Positions 1 to 14,155 of a stretch of DNA of 64,000 bases are shown here, piece after piece. Made by a program: the position numbers and the translations under genes. The notes beneath the pieces were generated by a model that did not search any database, was not told the origin of the DNA, and saw only the letters and a list, made by a program, of their open reading frames with translations. The DNA comes from Octopus sinensis. Lineage: Eukaryota. Location: the NCBI RefSeq assembly GCF_006345805.1, contig NC_043003.1:10788001-10852000 (forward strand), in the 5' to 3' direction. The first letter of the stretch is position 1; every line of letters starts with the position of its first letter.

Positions 1-323
1 ATATAATATTATATATTTTGTATACAATGCTATGCTTTTATTCCTTTATTTGTTTCAGTCATTTGACTACGGCCATGCTGGAGCACCGCCTTTAGTCGAG
101 CAAATCTACCCCAGGACTTATTCTTTGTAACCCTAGTACTTATTCTATCTATTCCCTTTTGCCGAACCACTAAGTTACGGGGCTGTAAACACACCACCAT
201 CGGTTGTCAAGCGATGCTGGGGAGACAAACACAGATACACACACATAATAATAATAATTGTTATTATTATTATAATTATTATTATTATTATTATATTATT
301 ATTATTATAGTTATAATAAAAAT

Positions 324-915
324 AAGTGCAGAATCTGTGGACAAAACGGTAAAACCATATGGCATATTACCAGCCAATGTACGCCACTAGCTCAGAAGGA
401 ATATGAGACGTTACGACAATATAACCAGGCTTGTCCATTGGACACTTTGCTACAAGTATGGACTTGAGAGAATAAAAAATTGGTACGACCACAGACCTGA
501 AGGCATCATCGAAAATGGAAATGCAAAGATCGTATGGGATTTTATGATTCAGTGTGACCATGAGATAGAGAATAGGAAGCTGGACATAGTCTTAATTGAG
601 AAAGAAAACAAACGATGCTGGATCATAGATATAGCATACCCCAGCTGCCAACAAGGTATGCGATAAGGAAGAAAGAAAAGTCGAGAGATATGACAGGTTA
701 GCTTGGGAAGTCAAGCAATTGTGGTCGATGAAAAGGTGGTAGTATTACCAATAATTGTTGGAGCCCTGGGAACTGAGCAAAAATCTCAAGAAGTACATGA
801 GACAAATAGGGGCTGCAATAAGGGTGGAGCACTTGAGGAAAACAGCACCGCTTGGAACCGCTCGAATACTCCGGAAGGTGCTCGAAAAATAAGAGGTGTT
901 ACCTTAGTTCACTGA
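324..915 (+). mobile_element. 5'-truncated R4/Dong-like (restriction-like endonuclease) non-LTR retrotransposon fragment
   Basis: CRICGQ..TIWHITSQC zinc knuckle, RYD, IVWDFMIQCD, RKLDIVLIEK, IIDIAYP, VLPIIVGALG; frameshifted; adjoins a (TAA/TTA)n tract. Confidence 0.8.
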
Positions 916-916
916 T

Positions 917-1062
917 AATATCGAAAAATACCTTAGGAATGAGAACCCAGGTTCGAAATTTCCCCAAGACACCTGATTGAAAGCTGGAGGGTATATTAGC
1001 TGAAACGTTGTGTTAACAACAAACAAGATGAGGACAAATATCCATCAAATGTAAATAATTTA
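917..1062 (+). mobile_element. Penelope-like terminal-repeat fragment with degenerate hammerhead (CTGATTGA)
   Basis: Same sequence as 45300-45475 and 21447-21710. Confidence 0.55.
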
Positions 1063-1817
1063 AGTTGTATCTTATATTGTAATGATGAAAATAAAGGGCC
1101 AGAAGGGCAGCGAGCTGTCAGAATCATTAGCACGCCAGGTGAAATGTTTAGCAATATTTCATCTGCCGTTATGAGGTCGACTTTCAGGGTAGATAAATTA
1201 GGTACCAGTCAAGTACTGGACTCGATCTAATTGACTGGCACCTTCCCCCAAAATTTCGGGCCTTGAGCCTAGAGTAGAAAAGAAATGTTAGCACACCGAG
1301 TGAAATGCTTTGCGGTATTTCATCTGCCGCTACGTTCTGAGTTCAAATTCCGCCAAAGTCGACTTTGCCTTTCATCCTTTCGGAGTCAATAAATTAAATA
1401 CCAGTCAAGTACTGGGGTCAATCTAATTGATTGGCCCCTCCTCCAAAATTTCGAGTCTTGTGCCTACAGTAAAAAAAATAATAAATAAATGGCCAGTTCA
1501 ACAATTTTTTTTTTTACCTTTCTTCAATTTTAATTACTACACACCACCATTACACAGTAATCCCTCACCATACCACGCACTCAATACATCACATATTTTT
1601 CTGGTTAATATATTTTTTTTACTTGTTTCAGTCATTTGACTGTGGCCATGCTGGAGCACCGCCTTTAGTCGAGCAAATCGACCCCAGGACTTATTCTTTG
1701 TAAGCCTAGTACTTATTCTATCAGTCTCTTTTGCCGAACCACAAAGTTACGGGGATGTAAACACACCAGTATCGGTTGTCAAGCGATGTTGGGGGGACCA
1801 AACACAGACACAAACAT

Positions 1818-1866
<49 letters not shown>

Positions 1867-2059
1867 CACATACATACAACGGCTTCTTTCAGTTTCCGTC
1901 TACCAAATCCACTCACAAGGTGTTGGTCGGCCCGAGGCTATAGTAGAAGACACTTGCCCAAGTTGCCACGCATGGGACTGAACCCAGAACCATGTGGTTC
2001 ATAAGCAAACTACTTACCACACAGCCACTCCTACGCCTAGGATTATATGTAAATTCATA

Positions 2060-4122
2060 TCATCGACTCCTCAGTATATCGCGGGTTTCTGTGACCAATT
2101 GGTATTTAGATTTTTTTAGATTTTAATTATTTCTGTGGGAGGTTTCGGGGTTAATATAGGGCGTAACAAATATCAGAAAATCAAAAAAAAAATGTGTGTA
2201 ATAGGTGTAAAACAACTTCCTATGAACGAATATGAAAAAAAAATTTCGCGCACGCGAAAGGGGGGTGGGGGAGAGGCCTCGGAAAATTCACATCGGGAAG
2301 TTCCGAAAGCGTCTGAGGAGCTGACCCGGGCACCAAAACAAAAAAAAAATAGTGTAATATGTGTAAAACAACTTGCTCTAAACGAATATGACAAAAAAAA
2401 ATGCGCTCTCGCGAAAGAGGGGTGGGGGAGAGGCCTCGGAATATTTATATCGGGAATTTCCGAAAGCGTCTGAACCGGGCACAAAAACAAAAACAAAAAC
2501 AGCGTAATAGGTGTAAAACAACTTGCTCTAAACGACTATCATGAAAAAAATGCGCGCTCGCGAAAGGGGGGTGGGGGAGAGGCTTCGGAAATTTCACATC
2601 TTCAGTCCACGGCCTTTAAACTAAGAAAAAATAGTGTAATTGGTGTAAAACTACTTGTTCTAAACGAGTATCAAGAACACACACTCACACATGAATCATA
2701 AACTCCGTATTTCGCAAAAAAAAAAAATAAAGAGAAGAAATTCTGGAAAAAGTGAAGAAATGTTGGATCTCATTCCTTGGTTAAAGCTATTTTAAACATT
2801 AAATTTATGCTTTTCTTTGAAATAGTTCAGATATATGCAATTCTTCTCACTTATTAAGATGCATTTATCAGAAAAAAAGAGACAGAAAAAATTATTATTT
2901 TGTGTCAATCCTTCCCTAATTATCCTTTATTAATTAGTTTTGGCGTGTATTTTTTTCCCAAATTTATTTTTTCACCTTTACAACACTGTTTAGTAAAGCA
3001 ATTAATTATCTTTATAATTTGCATATTTGACTTATTAATCAAAATTCTCTAGATGTAATATATACTAAGTAATGCATCCTTCATTTATGTGTTCCGTTCT
3101 GTATTATGCATGCGTGACTGTTTGTATGTAAGTGTGTTTAACTGTGCACATGAATGTGAATATTAAAGAACATATTTATTTACTATGATTGTTATTTTCA
3201 GAACAAATAAATCTTTTGGCTGTTATGTTATTGATGTTATTATTATTGCTAGTTAAAGGGTGGTGACTTGGCTGAATATTTTGAGTCTTGTAGTATGTAG
3301 TTGTGTTAGTCAATATTCTGAGTTCAAATCCAACTCATTTCTTTATCATCATTATCGATGGACCACTCAAAGAGGTATGTATACATTATCATTTTCGTAA
3401 CATAATTTCTGTAGTATTTCAAGATGTTTCTGACACGTATTTTGATTCACATGGCGGAGATCCAACATTTCTTCACTTTTTCCAGAATTTCTTCTCTTTA
3501 TTTTTTTTTTTTTTGCGAAATACGGAGTTTATGATTCATGTGTGAGTGTGTGTTCTTGATACTCGTTTAGAACAAGTAGTTTTACACCAATTACACTATT
3601 TTTTCTTAGTTTAAAGGCCGTGGACTGAAGATGTGAAATTTCCGAAGCCTCTCCCCCACCCCCCTTTCGCGAGCGCGCATTTTTTTCATGATAGTCGTTT
3701 AGAGCAAGTTGTTTTACACCTATTACGCTGTTTTTGTTTTTGTTTTTGTGCCCGGTTCAGACGCTTTCGGAAATTCCCGATATAAATATTCCGAGGCCTC
3801 TCCCCCACCCCTCTTTCGCGAGAGCGCATTTTTTTTGTCATATTCGTTTAGAGCAAGTTGTTTTACACATATTACACTATTTTTTTTTTTGTTTTGGTGC
3901 CCGGGTCAGCTCCTCAGACGCTTTCGGAACTTCCCGATGTGAATTTTCCGAGGCCTCTCCCCCACCCCCCTTTCGCGTGCGCGAAATTTTTTTTTCATAT
4001 TCGTTCATAGGAAGTTGTTTTACACCTATTACACACATTTTTTTTTTTATTTTCTGATATTTGTTACGCCCTATATTAACCGGTTTCGGAACATAACACC
4101 CGCGATAGTCGAGGGATTACTG
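2060..4122. mobile_element. Foldback-like non-autonomous DNA element with ~623-bp inverted arms (2149..2771 / 3457..4081)
   Basis: Near-identical ORF-track peptides on opposite strands; ~150-bp internal subrepeats; right end ...gagggattactg|TA (pogo/Tigger-like CAGTAATCCCTCG); left terminus degenerate and its position approximate. Confidence 0.8.
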
Positions 4123-4435
4123 TATACCCTTTCTGCTATGTTGTCAGTATAACAAGGACGAAAAATACGTGTAGAATCACGTTTGTAAACAACAAACAAC
4201 AGATTCTTCACAAACACAGCTGTGAACACAACACTTGAATAAATAATCATTTATCATGAAACTTATTTAATTTTTTGTATTTACCTCTTTTTTTTTTAGT
4301 TTTCTTCATTTATTTTTCTTTATTATTTTTTTCTTTGTGGGCATTATTTCATTCCTGTTCTTATTAAACTCCTTCATTTTATTATATCACTGTTTTCCTT
4401 CTCCATTCAAAAGCTAAGAAATCACTCATCCCAGA

Positions 4436-4814
4436 ATGAAACGTGGAGATATTTCAGAGTTCTCCAAAGAATTATCTAAATTACGAAAATCCAGAAAACA
4501 ATGGAAATTATTATCGGACAAAGAAATCAACCAATGTTTGGCAAATATTACAGAAACATTTAAACAAAAGCCTCCTTTGTTTCAACGCCAACAATATATA
4601 AACATCGTCATTTTGATAATAAAACTAACATCTACAGTCTTATTAGCACTTGGTGTTATTATCGTATATTTTCCAGACAGTCAGTTCTCTCAGAAACTTA
4701 TTTCAGGAATGGATGCTACCTATGCTTGGTGGCTTCTGAATCATGCTTACATCTGGCAACGATGGATTCGTTATTTAACGCTACCTGTTCAACCTCTACT
4801 CGTTCAAATTATCG
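4436..4814 (+). CDS. C6orf89: C6orf89-like coding exon 1 (MKRGDISEF...VQII; includes predicted TM segment)
   Basis: ORF 4436; donor G|GTATGT at 4815; acceptor-like ttctccattcaaaag just upstream suggests an additional 5'UTR exon. Confidence 0.8.
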
Positions 4815-7800
4815 GTATGTTGTCTGTCTTCAATGACCATTTTTTTCTTCTTTTTTAATTCTCCATGTTCCATATTCTTAGTTCTTTCTCAGCTTTTTGG
4901 CATTCTTCCGAATGTTCTATTGGACCTTGTAGTGTGCGACCAATTGAAGCACTTGGTGCTGCAGTGACATTTTTCTTTCTTTCTTTCTTTCTTTCTTTTT
5001 CTTTCTTTCTTTCTTTTCTCTTTTCTCTCTTTTTTCTCTCCCTTCTTTGTTTTTTTTCCGCTTTTTTTTTTCTATTCTTTGTCTTTCTTTTGCAAGAGCT
5101 TATATTATGGAAGAATCATGACTATTGTCTGGGATTTATATTTCAATGTGGTTTTCAAGAAGTACTTCCCCGTCCCCGAAACTTTCCCGAAAGTAATTCC
5201 TCGCCCTCGTCCTTGGAACTTTCCATGAAGTAATCCCTCTCATCGGAACATTCCAGGATATAATTTCTCCCCTTCCTCGAGACTTTACAAGAAGTCCTCT
5301 CTCGTCCCTGGAACTTTCCAGGATGTAATTCCTCACCCTCATCCTCGGAACTTCCGAGGAGAGGGATTTACTTCCTGGAAAGTTCCGAGTCGGGGAGGAA
5401 TTACTCCCTGGAGAGTTCCGAGGAGAGAGATTAATCAATTCCTGGAAAGTTCCGAGGAGGGCGGATTGCTTCCTGGAAAGTTCTGAAAAGGGGAGGTATA
5501 CTTCCAGGAAAGTTCCAAGGAAGAGGGGAGGAATTACTTCCTGAAAAGTTCGGGGGGGGGGAAGTTCCGAGGAGGGGGGGAGAAATTACTGTACTATGGA
5601 TCCCCTGATTTATTATTTTGCTTTTGTGGACCCCCAAAATCTTATGTGGACCCCCAGAGGTCATATGGAGAACAATATGTGTCTTAACAGTTCTTTCACT
5701 TTTTGTATTTGACAACTGTTGCTTTAAGATAATCTTATTGAGCTCTCTACGTATAGAGAAAGAGGCACAGAAAGAGAGAGACATCATAGCAACTGTTTTG
5801 GCTGACTATCATCCTGTACTCACCTCGTTGCCATCGAAAGAGTATGTGCCGGCTGTCTGAGCAACTTGTTGCTTTTAATGGTGGAAGAAACAGGAAAAAA
5901 TATTACAAAAATAGCGATTCTCACTTTGAAACTGACAATTTTGAAAATCTTTTTAGATTATGGAATGCCCCGCTTTCTCTTGTATCCATGTTTAAAATTT
6001 CAGCATGCTCACATGAACAATACTCGAATTATAAGCACACAAACAGACAGACAGAACAGAATTTATATATTAGATATATATATATGTATACATAAACTGG
6101 TTTCCATGCCAGTGGCATGTAAAAAGCACCATTTGAGCATGATCATTACCAGTATCGCCTTACTGGCACGTGAAAAAAACATTCGAGCGAGATCATTGCC
6201 AGTACCGCCTGACTGGCCCTCGTGCCGATGGCACGTAAAAGCACACACAACACTCTCGGAGTGGTTGGCGTTAGGAAGGGCATTCAGCTGTAGAAACTAT
6301 GCCAGATCAAGACTGGAGCCTGGGGCAGCCTTCTGGCTTCCCAGATCCCAGTCGAACTGTCCAACCCATGCTAGCATGGAAAGTGGACGTTAAACGATGA
6401 TGATGATGATGATACACACACACACACATATGATGTTGCGTCTGACACTAGATCCGTTGCAATCAGGACTTCCATAGACTAATGATGGCCATATTGACAA
6501 CAAATACAACAACAGTTACAAATTTAACACAATATCATTTAATGCCCAAATATGGCAATTATTTTGCAGGTCACCATCAATCCAACTGTTTCATCAATAA
6601 TCCCCTCTCATCTAATCCGTACACTGACAGATGCGATCTTTGTGAGAACATCACTGATGTTAGACAAGATTCACAAATGCAGTTCTTGTCTCCTCTTCTC
6701 ATCAGAGTATGTAGACATTTTTTGTTATTTTGCTTTTTTTTTTAGATATTTTATTTGTCTTGTTCCTATTTTGGTTTTGTTTATTATCTTAAAAAGAAAA
6801 CTCTCTTGTGAAAACTGTTTTTGTCGGTGTATAAGATACACTTCTCTTATTTCTAAATGCATCCAAAACGTTATATACATATGTGCAGCACCGTTTGCGT
6901 GGCAGGTTTTCTACAGCTGGATGCCCTTTCTGCTGCCAACCCTTACCTGTTTGCAAGTGAGACAATCCTTTCCCTCGTCTCTATTAAAGAAGGCACTAAC
7001 ACTTTCACACACACACACATACACACAATGGGAAATTCTGCCTACCAAAATCAATCAGAATGCTTCGATTGGCCTGAGGTTGTACCAGAAGACACTTGCC
7101 CAAGCTACCACACAATGGAACTGAACCCAAGCCCATATGGTTGAGAAGCAAGCTTCCTAACCACACAGCCACACGATAATTCCCTTGTGCCTAATCTGGC
7201 AGAGTTACAGAGAGGAGATGAGTGTCATAGGATAAGAATTTGGATGAGCACAAGTCCACCTGGTCCAATAATTGTTACTATTAATAAAATATGGGAAACA
7301 ATTCAAAGTATTGATCTCTTTTAACCCCTTGACGCTGGTATTACCCAAAGCATGCGAGACACTGCTCTGGGTTTTTTTTTATCTAATGAGGCCACACTGT
7401 AGTGTGATGGAGGAAAAGGACAACAGAAAAAGAAGCAAATGGGAGAAAGAAATACAAAAGGCCTGACCTGTTGACCTCGGAGGAATCAGCGGTCACTCTC
7501 ACGAAATAGACACATCTTTTCTCACTGCCGTCTCTACTCTAACTCACCACACATGCTTCCTGCCCATGCATGCCCTCTGCCTGTCTCACCGGTCCCTGCA
7601 AGCCTTACTTCCGTCCACCTCATCTGCAATCCCCTCCACCAACACTACATAGCTCCATCACAGCCCATAACACTACTTACACCACACACAAACACAAGTG
7701 CCAATGAGCTCATGTCTATTTACGTTCACAGTTACAATAACATAGCGTCGTACATTTATGTCTACCGGTTTATGAAAACGAACCATGTGAAGCTATTTAT

Positions 7801-10258
7801 CATAATATGATATGCACGAGTTATTCTGCTCAAGTTCAAAAAATAGCTTGCGTGTGGTACAGCTCAAAACACGGTATTATGCCTGTAAAGTATCCGCATG
7901 TCATTGGTCTACTGCTGGTCTACCTGCTATGCAGGTAGTTTATCCTGACTCCCTCTGATTTTTAGTTCATGCAATTGAAAAAAACCATATTATTTATGGG
8001 CCATTAAAATGTTAAGTTGAGAAAAAAAGTCCATGCGCCGAACTTGTGCCAAATGGTTTCGCCATCAATGTTGAACTTTACTGTGAGTAACTTGATCGAG
8101 TCTATGATGCACTAGTTGAAAAGTACCCAAAACTTGTTCATTGAAAATGCAGTTTGCTTCAGCAAGACAATGCAAAGCCACATACAACCAGAAAGAACAG
8201 TGACAAGATTGAAGACTAGGACGGTGTGGAAGTTCTGCTACATTCAGCCTATAGTCCAGACGTTGCTCCATCTGACTACAGTCTCTTCCGATCAATGCAG
8301 CACTATATGAAAGGTCGCTGATTTGAGTCATTCAATGAAGTTGAATAAGCCTGTCAGGAATTTTTCAATTCAAAGCTGAAGGATTGGCACTTCGACCAAA
8401 TCCGAAAGCTTGGAGATTGTGGGCAGAAAGTCATGGAAAATGATGGTCTTTATTTTGAAGAATAGTTATGGTTGTTTTTGAATAAATTCTTGCATAAAAA
8501 ATCATTAATTTAACATAGCACACAAACTTTTTCCTCAACCTAGTACTATTGTGGATCTCCTGATTTATTATTTTGTTCTTGTGGACCCCCAGGGGTCATA
8601 TGGAGAACTACTGCTCTAGTTGGTGGTAGAGGGATTCCTTTCTGAGTCATTAGCCAAGTCAAGGTAAAAGACATTTTTCTCCTTTACACTTCAAACTCTC
8701 CATCGAAATTTCATGTTTATTTATGCTCCAAACACCAGCATAGCAACACTTGCAGACGTTTGAGCGGAGGGGGAAGTCATGAAGTCACTGGAATGGTCAC
8801 AAACGACAACGAAGAGAGATTGACTAATAAACAATCAACTAATTGCTTGACTAACACATTAAACAAATGATTGATTAATTAGTTGGTTAGATATTTAAGC
8901 AACTGATTAACAATAAAGAAGTGGAATTGAACCAGTGCCTGTGTTTATTATTATTATTGGTGAAGGTGTATGGCTTAGTGGTTTGGAGTATTCAGCTCAC
9001 AATCGTAAGGTCGAGAGTTCAATTCTCGGCAATGCCTTGTGTCCCTGAGCAAGACACTTTATTTCACATTGCTCCAGGCCACTCAGCTGGCAAAAATGAG
9101 TAGTACCTGTAATACAAAGGGGCCAGTCTTGTCACACTCTGTGTCACTCTGAATCTCCCTGAGAACTACATTGAAAGTACACGTGTCTGTGGAATACTCA
9201 ACCACTTGCACATTAATTTCTTGAGAAGGCTATTCCGTTGGTCATGAGTTCAGTTCCCAGCAATACCTTGTTTCCTTGAGCAAGACACTTTATTTCACGT
9301 TGCTTCAGTCCACTCAGCTGGCAAAAATAAGTAGTACCTGTACTTCAAAGGGCCACTCTTGTCACACTCTGTGTCACACTGAATCTACCCGAGAACTACA
9401 TTAAAGGTACACATGTCTGTGGAGTACTCGGCCACTTGCACATTAGTCTCTAGAGGAGGCTATTTCATTGATCGTATCGACTGGGACCCTCGTTGTTACA
9501 ACCAATGGAGTGCCAGTTTGTTATTATCGACATCATGACTCTCCTTAGACACAACAAAATTTGTTTCAATGCATGAATTCACATCAAGAATCTCACAAAC
9601 AAAATACAAAAAAAAAAACTAAGTTATTTGACCAAATAATCCATTATTTCCAATATTAATTGTAACAAAGGCAGAGCATTTCATCAGAAACACGATAACA
9701 AAAGAGACAAACAGCGAAATCACCTCCTGGACAGGACACCAGTCTATCTTAGGCAACATTTCCAGATAACGCTATATCTAATTCTAGACTGTTCAGTGAA
9801 CTGATGTCTGTTATGGAATTAAATCAATTGGTAAAATGAACAGCAGATCAATACCAAAGCCTTTGGCTACAACCAAATTGATAGAAATTACATGATGGAT
9901 ATAACGACACTCTAAGATGACAGAGTGCTGTTGTTATTAATTTTGATGCTGGGACTGGTTGATTCGCTGTAACATCTTTAAATATGGCATCTGTGATACT
10001 GAGAGCTATGATTAAGAGATGGATGAAGAAAACAGCAGTGGTGGTGGTGGTGTGCTTCTTGAAAATTATATAAAAGCAGGACATGAATTCTCTATTACCG
10101 AAACTCTCTTCTCGTATTACAAGATTTCCTCCGTTTGAGGATTTGCTTTCAGTTGCCATGTGATCAACAGATTATTAAATCAACAGAAAAAGTTCCTTCT
10201 AACTTATACACAAACATACACATACATACATACTAATATATATATATATATATACATA

Positions 10259-10300
<42 letters not shown>

Positions 10301-10315
10301 TATACATATATACAC

Positions 10316-10362
<47 letters not shown>

Positions 10363-10568
10363 ATATGCAAACATATATACATATATATGCATATATTTAC
10401 ATATATATATATAATATATACATGTATATATACATATATATGCATATATACTTATATATATACATATTATATATATATACATATATATATATATATACAT
10501 GCATATATACATGTATATGTATATATATACATATATACATGTATTTGCATATATACTTATATATATGC

Positions 10569-10615
<47 letters not shown>

Positions 10616-13216
10616 CATACATATATATATGCATATATATATACATATATATATATACATACATACATGCATATATATATATATACACACGCACACACAC
10701 ACACACATACAAAAAGCGAAAAATGCTTTGTTGATGAATTTATGCTTTTGTTATATACATTTTGCAGTCACGGCTGTATGATTAAGAAGTTCACTTTGCA
10801 ACCACATAGTTTTGGGTTCAATCCCACTGTATGGCACCTTCTACTATAGCCCCAGACAGACTATAGCCCCAGACAAATCCCTGTGAGTGGATTTGGTTGA
10901 TGGAAAGTGAAAGACGCCCATACATACATATATATACATATATATAGGCGTAGGGATATAACAGGGTTGCACCATCTGAAGTCATTACCTGTTCTGATTC
11001 ATGGCCCACTTCCTGCACTCGTGATGTTTCATCAACCAAGAAGAGGAGATAGAAGGTTCAGTGAAGGAGTTCTTTGCCTCAGAAGACAAGAACCGGTATC
11101 AGCATTGGATCAAAGAACTGGCAGAAAGGCAGTTTCGGACGGTGCAACACTATGACCTCTACATTAAATGCTAGGCTGCTTTTGTTGTAAGTTGATGAAT
11201 AAAGCAACTAAGTTACCAAAATCTTGCAAAACCTTTGACTCAACTCAATAATATATCTGTTCATCTTTTATTCCATCAAATATGGTAAATCTAACCCTTT
11301 GAATCTAACTCTATATTATGAAGTAACTTCTACGACCATTTCAGAATGCTGGTTCCAAAATGTGTTTTGATGATATCCAACGGTTTGTCTCTCATGAGAT
11401 CTCTCACTCTAAACAGAACACATCATCTTTACATCTCTCTGTGGCTGTCTTAGAAGAATTATCCAAAGTGTTTAATCCTGACATTAAACACCTCTTAACA
11501 GACAATGCTAAGTCACAACATAAATGGTAAGTATAATATCATACAAGAATTTGTCTCTCTCTTTTTCTCTTTTTCCCCTCTCTTCTCTCTTTCAATCTGT
11601 TGAATGTTACGAATATCTTGGACAAAACATAAAACTAGTAAAGAAGCAATTTGCCCAGTGTCCTTATGATTCTGCCAGCTTGCTGCCTTTCTTCACCAAA
11701 ATAGTAAATTCTGTGAAACATCAGAGTTAACCAAGTTCCAATCATCAGCATTTTAACATTCAGTTTTCCCTGGGTCAGATGGAATTTGGTAAAGTAGATT
11801 TTCTACAGCCAAATCCCTTCCTGTTGCCATCTCTCACTTGTTTCCCAGCATGATAATATTTCCCTTGGACAGTGGGGATTTGATGTAATCGGCTTACAAT
11901 CTCGCCCCAAAATTTCTGGCTTTGTGCCAAAATTTTAAACTAAGCCACGAATGTCCAGCCCTGTTAAGAATGCCCCTGATGTGTTGGGCGATATGATATG
12001 CTTGAGAAGACCTGTTGAATCAAGTAAAACCAATATTGTAGCTGTGGCGAGTGCCTCCTGATTGGCTCCCGTACCGGTGGCATGTAAAAAGCACCACTTG
12101 AACGTGGCCAATGCCAATACCCCCTGACTGGCTCTGGTGCCGGTGGCATGTAAAAAGCACTATCCGAATATAATTGATGCCAGGCATACCTGACTGACTC
12201 CTGTGCCAGCGGCACATAAAAAGCACCCACTACACTTTCAGAGTGGTTGGCATTAGGAAGGGTATCCAGCTATAGAAACATTACCAGATCAGACTGGAGC
12301 CTGGTGCAGCCTTCTGGCTTTCCAGCCAAACTGTCCAACACATGCCAGCATGGAAAGTATAATTTAGATGGTGGTGGTGGTGATGATGATGATGATGATG
12401 ATGATGATGACGACCACGACGATGACGATGATGATGATGAAGGCGATGATGATGATGCTGATTTCCTCTGAACTCTGGCGGTGAATTAGCAGAATCATTA
12501 GCAGACCACGCAAAATGTCTGGTGGCATTTCATCCGTCTTTACAAAGAACAAGACTTACAAAAAATAAGTCCTAGGGTTGATTTCTTCAACTAAAGCTCT
12601 TTAAGACAGTGCTCCAGCATGGCCACAGTCAAATGACTGAAATGAGTAAAAAAATAAATAAAAGAATAAAATTATAATAAAAAAATTCTAAATTCTTCTC
12701 TTTTTCTAAAGGGTCTCCAGAGATTACAGAAGTGGCCATGTACTACGTCAAGTATTTCCATGGACAAATTATTTATTGAAGAACATAGAGATTGGTGTTG
12801 AAAAATTATTGGTCATCGATGGAGTGAAACGACCCTGGTACAAAATGGTAAGCAACATGATTCTAAGGACATTTCTTATTTTATGTTTTATAGAAGAAGC
12901 ACAATGGCTATGAATTTTATACATAAGAACAGTGCTGGAACAGTAACTACTTGGCCATGAATTCAAAATTTGGTAAAGCCTTTATATAGTAATCTTATGT
13001 AGTACTAATAAAAACATAGAAAGAGTATATGGTATTTTATGCTTAATAAAATATACACGTGTTACAGTGAATAACTGCCAGGATTACACAATTGCTTGTT
13101 GAAATATTATGCAATCTTTTTAACTCACCTCTTCAGTGTTACGTAAAAGATACAAGGAGTGGTGTTAAATGCTCAGTATACATTCCTGTTATGCAAATTA
13201 TCAACATCAGTGATAC

Positions 13217-13250
<34 letters not shown>

Positions 13251-14021
13251 GTTGAGTTCATTTCAAGTGTTGGGCCTCAAGGAGGCAAAGTGGCTAAGTT
13301 CCGAGCATTGGGCCTCACAGAGGCAATGACAGGGACCTTTGGCGGCATTATGTTGTGCTTGAGAAGACCCTTCAAGACAAGCAAAATCACAGTCGTGGCA
13401 GATACTGGTGTCACACAAATGGCACCCATGCCGGTGGCATGTAAAAGCACCCACTACACTCTCGGAGTGGTTGGCATTAGGAAGGGCATCTAGCTATAGA
13501 AAACCATGCCAAATCAGACTTGAGTCTGGTGCAGTTTTCCAGCTTACCAGCCCACTTTTCCATGCTTGCATGGATCAGATAGAATTTGTTGTTGGGACAG
13601 TTTTATTACAGTTTAATGCCCTCCCTATTGCCAGCCTTTACATGTATCCAAGCAAGGTAATTATTTCCCCTGGCTGAACATGTTTTGGCAGAAAACCCAA
13701 AACAAATGACACCTCTTATATGATGGTGATATTTGCTTACAGCTATCATGAGATGTCAAGACCCAAACACACACACACATGCACGCGTGCATGCATGCAT
13801 GCAGGTACACACATACACATGATGAGTTTCCACATGATCTCCTTCTACCAAATCCACCCACATAGCTTTGATTAGCTCAGAATCGTTGTAGAAGACACCT
13901 TGGCCAAGGTGCCACAAAGTGGATCTGAACCCAGAACCATGTGAATGGGAAGCAGACTGCTCACTACACAGCCAAGCCTGCAGTTATAAATAATAATCCT
14001 CATATTTAGTGATGATGATTA

Positions 14022-14056
<35 letters not shown>

Positions 14057-14121
14057 CTGATGATGGTGATGATGAAGGTGGTGGTGGTGGTCGTGGTGGT
14101 GGTGATGGTGGTGATGATGTC

Positions 14122-14155
<34 letters not shown>

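Noticed and set aside
4893-4965. Possible C6orf89 exon (cag|CT TTT TGG CAT...) and ORF 4865..5233
   Set aside because: There is no convincing donor, it runs into a CTTT tract, and exon 6570..6706 already supplies the phase and conserved Cys motifs.
10160-10849. Many YI/HT/CV/poly-S/H/I ORFs here and at 14717-15203, 29561-30243, 33443-33885, 34072-34503 and 53449-54530
   Set aside because: They are translations of microsatellites, stop-free only because of repeat composition.
11524-11730. ORF following C6orf89 exon 3
   Set aside because: It begins at the splice donor and its body is an antisense SINE head.
12893-12972. Acceptor/donor pair after C6orf89 exon 4
   Set aside because: Stops occur in all three frames and the preceding intron would be only ~45 nt.
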